A stretch of DNA of 64,000 bases from Patescibacteria group bacterium (GTDB lineage: Bacteria; Patescibacteriota; Dojkabacteria; J137), in the NCBI GenBank assembly GCA_016861265.1, contig BOLA01000001.1:267569-331568 (forward strand), in the 5' to 3' direction. The position numbers were made by a program, and so were the translations under genes. The notes under the pieces were generated by a model. It worked only from the letters and a program-made list of their open reading frames with translations. It made no database searches and was not told the DNA's origin. Below are positions 56,567 to 64,000 of this stretch, one piece after another. Every line of letters begins with the position of its first letter. Within the stretch, counting starts at the first letter, position 1.

Positions 56567-59500
56567 CTATAATATCTTCCAGAATACTCCTTGCAATTTC
56601 TCTATCTGACGAGGAAGCATTTGGATTATCTCTTAACCAATTCTCAAGACCATTCTTAATACCTTGCGCTTTTATCGAATGAAATTTATCATGTACAGGT
56701 AAACCTGTTGTCAACTCGTATCTCAATGCATCTGCTGTTGTTCCATTTCCCGTCCTATCTATTTTGTCAATTCCCTTATAAAAGTCATTGACCAAGTTAT
56801 ACAATCTACCCTGGTCCTCTACACTTGGCTTTTTAACAGTGCTTCGCACAGGAAGACAAGGTTTATTAGGAACATTAGTACTTGTAGTACTCGTAATTGC
56901 TTCCTCACTAGCATTAGAATTTATTTCATTAACTAATCTAACCCCTTCCTCTACCACTTTATAAGTAATAACTGCAGCAGCGACTATGGCTGTTGCGATT
57001 ACTATAACTTGAGCAGTGAATACAATCGCCTCCCAAATCACAATAACTGCTGGTACCGCTAACAGAATAAATTCACCACTAAAGTCACTACCATTTATAG
57101 GATCCACAGGATACACATAATCATTCTGAGTTCCTCCTTCCACAGGATCTACCTGCATGAATCTTCCTAATCCAGGTATATACACCCTTGCTCCCATTTG
57201 AGTAAATAGAACACTGAATCTATTTTCTACTTCTCTTCTTTCACTTCCTCCAAATCCAAACTTCTCTACTCCCGTTATTGGTGTTCCAAATGGATCGTAT
57301 CTTTTTAATGTTCCCGTATTATTGGCCAAAACGTTACCAGTTGAGCTCATTATACTATAATCGCTGCTAGAAGTCTTTACAGTCAATAACATACCCGGTA
57401 GGCTTACATATTTCTCTATAATATTATTACTGTTGTCTCTTAAAACATCTGCAGAAGATGAACTGGCTGTAAAGTTATATTTCTTAACATCTGCACCAGA
57501 ATTATAGTTACTATTAATAATTCTACCCATTACATCTCTTGTGTAGGCAATAGATTTATCAGGTTCGGATACTCCAATGTTTTGGTCAGATACATCGTAT
57601 GTAAATGTCATGTTGCCTAGTTTAGTAGTATTGCCATGGCTATCGTAAGTTGGAGTACCGTACTGAGTTGAGCTTACTAATCTATCAGCATTATCGTAAC
57701 AGTAATTATTTGTAGTTGTTACTCCGCTAATAGTTACACTATCGCTTGTCCTATTAAAGTTTTTGTTAGAGTTTGTAAAGCTGCAGTTAGATGCAGTTGC
57801 ATAAGAATATGCGTACTGCCTATCTCCATAGTCGGCTGCAACTAATCGATCTGCTTTATCAAATGTATATGCTTGATTATATTCTGTCGAACCTTGCTTA
57901 AACTTTTGAGAAAGAATCATGCCGGATTGAGACTTTGTTAATTCTTCATCAATTAGTGTTCCGTCAGATTGTCTCCAACTGTATTTAATTGGTCTTTCTA
58001 AAGAATCTCTGGTTGTACCTAAGTATGCGAGCTGACCTGCTTGAGGGTAAGTAATTCCCGAAACCCTGCCATAAGAATCGTAACTTACATTTGCATAAAC
58101 AATATCATCTAGTTCTTTAGACGTAACTTGAGAGTAATTATTGTAGTTCCATTCTTCTTTACCTATGTCTGATTCCTTTTTAATTAGTCTATTTAAGTTA
58201 TCGTAAGTATAAGTAGTTACCATTCCATAACTATCTGTATACTTAATCAAATTACCTACAAAGTCATATTCAGAAATTACTGTTGTTGTTCCATCACTAA
58301 CTGAACGTTTTAAAGGGTTATTACCATAAGCAAAGTTATTGCTCACAGTTTTGCCTGTTTTACCATTGTTTGTAGCTATTACCTTACTAGTTACTCTGCC
58401 TCTGGAATCAAAACTTGTACAATTCCAATTTTCCTTGTTATATCTGCTGCCAACAACTCTTCCTGATGCATCGTAGACTAATTCTGTTTTTATGCCTTCT
58501 TTATTAACTTCATCGGCACGTCTAAAGTTAAAGTTATCAGTGTACAAATCGCCATTAGATCTTAATACATGTAGAATTGTTATGTTTGTTACATTATTAG
58601 GGATTTCGATATCTGTAGCATACGTAGTCCAATTTGCACTGGCTGGTATTGTTGCAAAATCGCTGTAAGTGTAATCCGTACCATTATATTTATACCCAAC
58701 TATTATTGTTGAATTTGCTGTAGATTTATAGCTGTCACTAAAGGTATATGTTTTACCTGGAGTAACTACAACTTCATTATGTACCCATTTGGCATCACCA
58801 TCTACATAATTGCTGATTGTTGTTTTTAAACTTTTTGAGCCATCAGCAGCATCGTTTACATAACTAAATGTTGCAGTATTATTACCCCATGAATTTGTAA
58901 ACCAATTATTAGGATTACCACTTGTTGAAGCTTCTGCAGATGGATTTAATATTATGTTCTGCCTTGTAGCTTTTATAGAATAGTTATCTACATACAAATC
59001 TCCATTTGATCTTAAAACCTGCATTACCACAAGATTTCTTACATTGTATTGGATTGGAATATTTATGCTGTAATTAGTCCAGTTAGCACTAGCAGGTATT
59101 GTTGCGTAATCAACATACTGGTAGTTATTATCGTTGTATTTATAGCCTACTATAAGTGTTGAAGCTACTGTTGATTTGTAACTATTACTAAATGTATAGA
59201 CTTCACCAGGTACAACTGCTACTTCGTCATGCACCCATTTAGCGTCTCCATCAACATAACTACTAACTGTTGTTTTTAAACCTTTTGAGCCATCAGCAGC
59301 ATCGTTTACGTAACTAAATGTTGCGCTGTTATTTCCCCAAACATTAGTAGCCCAGTTATTTGGTACTCCATTTGTTGATGTTTCAGCAGATGAATTTTTT
59401 ACTAAATTTAGTGGAGGAATTTCCATTACAGAAACATCATCCATCCACAGATCACCTACACCTGTAAGTACATGAAATGTTGAAATTGCTGTTGCATTAT

Positions 59501-60500
59501 ATGGTGTTACAAAACTGTAGTTAAACGATGTCCAGTTATTTGCGCTACTAGGCAGGTAACCTAGATAAAGCCAGTCATAAGTATTTACGCCGACTGTAAA
59601 TCTAACCAACACCTGACTATCCGCAGTAGATTTATAGAACTCTTTATAATTGTAAGAAGTACCGGATTTAGCAGGAGCCTCATCACTGTACCATTTAGAA
59701 TCTCCGTCTGTATAACTGCTGATTGCTACGTGGGCGCTTCTTGAACCTGTATATCCAGTTGTAGCATACTCAAAGGTTGCAGTATTAGTACCATATGTAT
59801 CGGTAATCCAGTTTACTGGAGCATTGCTGGCTTCTATTTCAAAAGACGGATTAGCAATTATATTAACATCCTGCACCTGAAAGTTTGGTTCAAATTTACT
59901 CTTTACAAATCCTGCCTGAGATATCAGATCTGTACCTGGAGTACAGACATTGTCTTTTTGTTCGGTTCCACCATAGTAACTGTAGGTAGTTGTTGAACCT
60001 CCAACACTAGATTTAGATAATTGTCTAAGGTACCCAGTACCTTGAGGTTCGTACGTTGAGCTAGTTGAATAATTTAACCCATTTGGATCAAGAACTTTAC
60101 TGGATACTAGTCCATATGCTGGGTCTTGATAGTTAGTTTTAGTTTCAATATTACCTAATTGCTGATCGTAAACAATATTAGTTGTTGGTAAGTTAAAACC
60201 TGGGCTAAGATTAGACCAAACATTTGTTTCTGTAATACCTGGACCTGCCAAAGTTACACTTAGGCTTTTCGTAGTATTAGTTGTAGCCCAATCAATTCTT
60301 ACTCTATATACTTTATTAGCTTCAGCAGTAAATGTTCCGGATTTTTGTGTTGAAGTTGCTGAAGTATAGTTCCAATTATCAATAATTAGTCTGTCATCCA
60401 CATATACCTTCACTCTCTCCGTATGTATTGCTTTAAACGTATATGTTCCATTCTGGTTAAATTTAATTTTACCTGTTAAAGATAGCCCTACTCCATCCAT
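56538..60500 (-). CDS. Rhs/YD-repeat polymorphic toxin: partial PA14-like N-terminus, 3 x CBM4/9-like modules, YD repeats, Rhs core, hydrophobic pre-toxin segment, C-terminal toxin domain of unknown class
   Basis: YD repeats ([38 protein letters not shown]), Rhs core end [27 protein letters not shown], then 36-aa hydrophobic stretch and about 150-aa C-terminal domain (..[31 protein letters not shown]..). Confidence 0.85.
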   Translation of the reverse strand: MDGVGLSLTGKIKFNQNGTYTFKAIHTERVKVYVDDRLIIDNWNYTSATSTQKSGTFTAEANKVYRVRIDWATTNTTKSLSVTLAGPGITETNVWSNLSPGFNLPTTNIVYDQQLGNIETKTNYQDPAYGLVSSKVLDPNGLNYSTSSTYEPQGTGYLRQLSKSSVGGSTTTYSYYGGTEQKDNVCTPGTDLISQAGFVKSKFEPNFQVQDVNIIANPSFEIEASNAPVNWITDTYGTNTATFEYATTGYTGSRSAHVAISSYTDGDSKWYSDEAPAKSGTSYNYKEFYKSTADSQVLVRFTVGVNTYDWLYLGYLPSSANNWTSFNYSFVTPYNATAISTFHVLTGVGDLWMDDVSVMEIPPLNLVKNSSAETSTNGVPNNWATNVWGNNSATFSYVNDAADGSKGLKTTVSSYVDGDAKWVHDEVAVVPGEVYTFSNSYKSTVASTLIVGYKYNDNNYQYVDYATIPASANWTNYSINIPIQYNVRNLVVMQVLRSNGDLYVDNYSIKATRQNIILNPSAEASTSGNPNNWFTNSWGNNTATFSYVNDAADGSKSLKTTISNYVDGDAKWVHNEVVVTPGKTYTFSDSYKSTANSTIIVGYKYNGTDYTYSDFATIPASANWTTYATDIEIPNNVTNITILHVLRSNGDLYTDNFNFRRADEVNKEGIKTELVYDASGRVVGSRYNKENWNCTSFDSRGRVTSKVIATNNGKTGKTVSNNFAYGNNPLKRSVSDGTTTVISEYDFVGNLIKYTDSYGMVTTYTYDNLNRLIKKESDIGKEEWNYNNYSQVTSKELDDIVYANVSYDSYGRVSGITYPQAGQLAYLGTTRDSLERPIKYSWRQSDGTLIDEELTKSQSGMILSQKFKQGSTEYNQAYTFDKADRLVAADYGDRQYAYSYATASNCSFTNSNKNFNRTSDSVTISGVTTTNNYCYDNADRLVSSTQYGTPTYDSHGNTTKLGNMTFTYDVSDQNIGVSEPDKSIAYTRDVMGRIINSNYNSGADVKKYNFTASSSSADVLRDNSNNIIEKYVSLPGMLLTVKTSSSDYSIMSSTGNVLANNTGTLKRYDPFGTPITGVEKFGFGGSERREVENRFSVLFTQMGARVYIPGLGRFMQVDPVEGGTQNDYVYPVDPINGSDFSGEFILLAVPAVIVIWEAIVFTAQVIVIATAIVAAAVITYKVVEEGVRLVNEINSNASEEAITSTTSTNVPNKPCLPVRSTVKKPSVEDQGRLYNLVNDFYKGIDKIDRTGNGTTADALRYELTTGLPVHDKFHSIKAQGIKNGLENWLRDNPNASSSDREIARSILEDIIDAFKCKPNE

Positions 60501-60560
60501 TCCGGTATCTTTTGTAATTGGAAAAGTTTGATTTGCAGAAAAACCAGCAATTTCAACTTC

Positions 60561-60592
60561 TAGAAATAAAAAAAGGAGCTAGTTGCTCCTTT
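60561..60592 (-). terminator. rho-independent terminator between the ASCH gene and the Rhs gene
   Basis: Minus strand AAAGGAGC-aacta-GCTCCTTT followed by TTTTTATTTCTA. Confidence 0.65.
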
Positions 60593-60612
60593 GAGTATTA
60601 ATATTTAATAAA

Positions 60613-60951
60613 TTATGCAATCAGCTCTTTTAACAATTCAAAACAGATTGCAGCAACTCCGAACTCAGATTCATCCTCTTTTCTATAGAATCTATAATAT
60701 ACATTCACAGCAGAATCTAAGTCTTTTGCATCTGGAATTACATTTTTAACACCTTCCATTATCAACATCTCTCTAAAAGAAGGATATTTATTCACCTCTA
60801 AAATTCTAAGCTCCAAATCATTGATTTTAATTAAATCACCAGCAACTAATTCCATATACTTGGACTTACCTAGTCTCCCTTCAACAACTTTTTTACCATT
60901 TCTAATTAGGCTTAAATACGGTTCTTGCACGTCTAGTTCAAGTTTATACAT
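60613..60951 (-). CDS. ASCH-domain (PUA-like) protein
   Basis: EPYLSLIRNGKKVVEGRLGK...GDLIKIND..ILEV pattern typical of ASCH. Confidence 0.55.
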   Translation of the reverse strand: MYKLELDVQEPYLSLIRNGKKVVEGRLGKSKYMELVAGDLIKINDLELRILEVNKYPSFREMLIMEGVKNVIPDAKDLDSAVNVYYRFYRKEDESEFGVAAICFELLKELIA

Positions 60952-61345
60952 AACAAAATACTTATAATTAATATACGGATTTTACCAAAAACGACCATAT
61001 ATAGTGAAATGAAATTTAAGTATATGCCTTGGCACTAAAAGTTCCAAAATGAAATGGGGCTGTTTTTAAAATCGTTGCCAGGTAAGGGGAATTTAATGGG
61101 GTGGAGGAACTCAACTGTTCTGAACATCTCCCCCTCCTTCAGTATTGTATCATTACAATCCATTAAAACTGCTATAACCAAGTATTTCCAATTAGTTGGA
61201 GATAGCGTTGCAGGCGTAAATATGCAAAGAATAGATTATAAATTCTGATATTAATGTATTAGGGAGAAAGCGAATGAACATTAACTATCTTCAAGTCTAA
61301 AATCTTAAACCCTGTTAAAATTATTAAAACATTATTCATATTTGC

Positions 61346-62410
61346 ATGCATAAACTTAATAAAAAGAAAAAAAGATTTTTGATTCTTAAATCTATTAAGA
61401 GACATAAGCATGAATTAGAGCGAAAAAGAAGGAGAAAGATTAAAAAGCTTAATTCTCTTCCAGAGAAAGTTTTGACAAGGAAAAGAAAATCTTATGAGCA
61501 TAAAAAAGATAAGATAGTTCACACTGATTGTATAGCTGACGAGAACTTTTCACTAATAAATAATCCTGATTATATAATTAGTTATTTTGAAAAGGCTCGG
61601 AAAAGTTTCAAAGAAAAACAATATGTGAATTTTGATTTAGGAGGTGTTAAAACAACAGGTCCAGAAACAATATTATTATTGAGTGCATTAATAAATGAAC
61701 CTGAATTTACAAATAATATCCCTTTTAAAGGCAGGTCACCATTACAAGCAGATTTACAACAAATGTTTAGACAAGTAGGATTCTATAATTTTGTTAAATC
61801 CAATGAACTAACTCAATTAACAAATAAAGATTTGCATGGTGAAATAATCCACAGAATAACCAGAAAGAAAGTGGAGAATCAGTTGGCAGGAGATATTTGT
61901 AAATCAGCGGTAAAACATACTTTTAAAAGTGATAATTATATACATAAAACTATTTTGCCAATACTAATTGAATGCATGGCAAATACATGGAATCACGCAA
62001 ATTATGGGACTTCAGAAGATGAATATAATTGGTGGTTATTAGCATACAAAGAACCCAAAACAGACTGCACTAAATTTTGTATTTTAGATTTAGGTGTTGG
62101 AATTTTTGGAAGTTTGAACAGAAAGTTTGCTGAAGGTGCTATAACTTATATTTTCCCAAATAAAAATTTGACTAATTTAAAAAATATTTTTAAAGGTAAC
62201 ACCAGAACAAGAACAAAAGAAGAAAAAAGAGGTAAGGGACTGAATACTATTTATAACCTAGTTAAATCAGATAAAACTATTCAGAACTTTACAATTATTA
62301 CAAATGATGTATTTGCTATAATTGAACAAGATAAAGAAGATGTTTATAAAAAATTAAAAACACCATTTAAAGGGACTTTATATTATTGGGAATTAAGAAA
62401 TAATGGATGA
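61346..62410 (+). CDS. GHKL-type (histidine-kinase-like) ATPase with Lys/Arg-rich N-terminus and uncharacterised middle domain
   Basis: N box ILIECMANTWNHANYG, G1 box ILDLGVGIFG, G2 box GKGLNTIY. Confidence 0.6.
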   Translation: MHKLNKKKKRFLILKSIKRHKHELERKRRRKIKKLNSLPEKVLTRKRKSYEHKKDKIVHTDCIADENFSLINNPDYIISYFEKARKSFKEKQYVNFDLGGVKTTGPETILLLSALINEPEFTNNIPFKGRSPLQADLQQMFRQVGFYNFVKSNELTQLTNKDLHGEIIHRITRKKVENQLAGDICKSAVKHTFKSDNYIHKTILPILIECMANTWNHANYGTSEDEYNWWLLAYKEPKTDCTKFCILDLGVGIFGSLNRKFAEGAITYIFPNKNLTNLKNIFKGNTRTRTKEEKRGKGLNTIYNLVKSDKTIQNFTIITNDVFAIIEQDKEDVYKKLKTPFKGTLYYWELRNNG

Positions 62411-62735
62411 CAAAATAATTATAAAAATTGCTACTGATTTTAATGTCTATCCAGGCGCTAGGTATAAAGCTGATGGAGAATTTTCTGGAGAGGCTTTTTA
62501 TGAAGACTTATTCAAATCTAAATTCCAAAGTGCATGTGATGAGAATAAAATCCTTGTATTAGATCTTGATGGAACATGGGGGTATGCATCTTCATTTATA
62601 TCTGAAATTTTTACAAGAATGGTTAAAGATTTTGGGAAAGAAAAGATTAAAGCTCATTTAGAAATTAAATCAGAAGAAGAACCTTTACTTAAGGACAAGA
62701 TTAATAGAATTATTGATGAAATTCAAGAAGATTAA
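62403..62735 (+). CDS. STAS-like (DUF4325-like) domain protein
   Basis: ..ILVLDLDGTWGYASSFISEIFTRMV.. resembles the DUF4325 core (l.ldf.gv..issSF.dE.f); overlaps the GHKL gene by 8 nt. Confidence 0.5.
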   Translation: MDDKIIIKIATDFNVYPGARYKADGEFSGEAFYEDLFKSKFQSACDENKILVLDLDGTWGYASSFISEIFTRMVKDFGKEKIKAHLEIKSEEEPLLKDKINRIIDEIQED

Positions 62736-63309
62736 TATCATAACTATTCTAGTTTTTCTCCTAGTTTTTGGTGGGGGTTTAATCTTAGGCTTAATTTTAA
62801 GGGACATTGATTACTTCACTTTTAAATCTGAAGTCAGCATTGGTGATATTTCAAGCTTAGCACTTACATTATTTCTTGCATTATTTATACCTTTCTATCT
62901 TGATAGAAAATTAAATAATAGAAGAGTTGAAAAAGATTTGGTTATTGCATTTTTAGATAATTTAATACAAGAGGTGAAACTACAAATTTCTTATATTGAA
63001 GATCTCCATATTTCAAATGAAGTATTAGATGAGAAACAAAAGAAGAAAGTTAATTTGAATCTTAAAAAATTAAGCAATTATTTGGATACCTTAATTGATA
63101 GTTGTGAGAATTATAAAAAGGATAAAGAAATATCTCAGTTGATTGAACAGTTAAAAAATCTAAACTATACCTTCTGGAGAGATTTAACTTTTAACATTGG
63201 TAATACGGACTATAAAATAGACACCGAGTTATTTCAAAAAATAGAACCTACAGTAAATAGCTTTGAGCTAAAACTAAATAAACTCAAATTAACTATAAAT
63301 AATTACTAA
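62713..63309 (+). CDS. membrane protein (2 TM) with coiled-coil domain
   Basis: Overlaps the upstream gene by 23 nt; TM helices at the N-terminus. Confidence 0.4.
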   Translation: MMKFKKINIITILVFLLVFGGGLILGLILRDIDYFTFKSEVSIGDISSLALTLFLALFIPFYLDRKLNNRRVEKDLVIAFLDNLIQEVKLQISYIEDLHISNEVLDEKQKKKVNLNLKKLSNYLDTLIDSCENYKKDKEISQLIEQLKNLNYTFWRDLTFNIGNTDYKIDTELFQKIEPTVNSFELKLNKLKLTINNY

Positions 63310-63311
63310 TC

Positions 63312-63722
63312 TTGAGAAACGGCATAAAAAACGGTAAAAATACACAATTTAGTACAGATAACCAACCAAGTGGAGAGGCAAAGTCCGAAGGATGGAAAAG
63401 AAAAAGGTATGCGCAACAGTTCATGGATAAAGTAATGGAATATCAAGAATTATCATTAGAAGAATTTGAAAGAATTGAAAAAGAAGTAGAAAGATCAAAA
63501 GCTAAATATACAATCAGAGATGTTATGGCAATTAAATATGTTTCAAAAGGTTTAAAAAGTGATAAATTTTTATTGGATTGGGTTGATAGGCATGTGAGTA
63601 AAGCACAATTCAACAAAGAAGACGAGAAGCAAAAAGAACCAATATCAAAATACATTGTAGAAATTGTTGAACCAAAATACAGTCAGGAAGAGATTAGAGC
63701 TTTCAGTGAAAATAAGGTTTGA
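63312..63722 (+). CDS. small basic hypothetical protein
   Basis: 3-nt gap from the upstream gene; KR-rich N-terminus. Confidence 0.35.
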   Translation: MRNGIKNGKNTQFSTDNQPSGEAKSEGWKRKRYAQQFMDKVMEYQELSLEEFERIEKEVERSKAKYTIRDVMAIKYVSKGLKSDKFLLDWVDRHVSKAQFNKEDEKQKEPISKYIVEIVEPKYSQEEIRAFSENKV

Positions 63723-63780
63723 GAAAACAGGCATACCCGTAGTATATTATTTAAAGATTTAACCCATTTAATACAAATTT

Positions 63781-64000
63781 ATGGAAACCAACCTTTTAGT
63801 TGCATTATCAAACTTAATTCAAAATCCAATTACTGATATACTTGCAACTTATAATTCAAGCAATAGAATTAATAATGTTGGTGAGGCTTTGGAATATTAT
63901 GTTAGAGATTTATTTTGTAATACAGTTGGAGAATCTGATTCAAATATTGAAAATAAAATATTAACCCACAGTCAATATTTTTCATACATTGGGAATCAAA
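63781..64000 (+). CDS. hypothetical protein, 5' part only (runs off the window end)
   Basis: ATG at 63781, open to the end of the window (METNLLVALSNLIQNPITDILATYNSSNRINNVGEALEYYVRDLF...). Confidence 0.3.
   Translation, partial: METNLLVALSNLIQNPITDILATYNSSNRINNVGEALEYYVRDLFCNTVGESDSNIENKILTHSQYFSYIGNQ

Noticed and set aside
56485-56682. 65-aa plus-strand ORF at the Rhs/immunity junction
   Set aside because: Antisense to the overlapping toxin-immunity genes.
61054-61248. 64-aa ORF in the 390-bp intergenic region upstream of the GHKL gene
   Set aside because: No RBS, not conserved-looking. The region instead holds a GGGGTGGAGG..CCCCCTCC imperfect inverted repeat of uncertain meaning.
63443-63655. 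70-aa minus-strand ORF inside 63312-63722
   Set aside because: Antisense, Ser/Leu-rich.
1-64000. Searched by eye for CRISPR arrays, tRNA, rRNA, transposases and integrases
   Set aside because: No regularly spaced 25-40-bp repeats, no tRNA T-loop-like GGTTCGA(A/G)TCC contexts, and no rRNA-like segments were found. No DDE transposase or tyrosine/serine recombinase motifs were seen in any frame inspected. A covariance-model scan would be needed to be certain.

Overview
This 64-kb window is a gene-dense, low-GC (~33-35% background) bacterial chromosome segment. It uses the standard code (TGA is used as a stop) and carries roughly 70 protein genes. I found no rRNA, tRNA, CRISPR array, transposase or integrase by eye. 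Most of the content looks accessory. There are two MFS transporters, a sortase, a SipW signal peptidase with a TasA/camelysin-like cognate substrate, two ABC-F ATPases, a sulfotransferase and a PspC-domain protein. A ~10-kb same-strand cluster of secreted or anchored surface proteins (18660-29024) includes a 2034-aa giant protein with a LamG domain and ten ~130-aa repeats. A likely defence/conflict neighbourhood spans 31.6-43.6 kb. It contains a Nudix / wHTH / large nucleotidyltransferase / divergent adenylosuccinate-synthetase-like operon, a GC-rich vWA plus kinase-like gene pair, an intergenic region with phased short repeats, and a CBASS-like CD-NTase plus nuclease-SAVED (Cap4-like) pair. 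Further on are a chitin-related GT2 synthase plus GH18 chitinase (with CBM5/12) pair, and an Rhs/YD-repeat polymorphic toxin locus with downstream immunity-like genes. The window ends with a GHKL-ATPase / STAS-like (DUF4325-like) operon. Seven short GC-rich (~55-60%) islands of one or two genes each are embedded in the AT-rich background. Most have a host-type TGnTATAAT promoter and their own terminator. One island is a tandem pair of diverged paralogous cassettes whose non-coding flanks, including inverted repeats, are better conserved than the coding sequence. All functional calls are from motif recognition by eye, and no database search was run.
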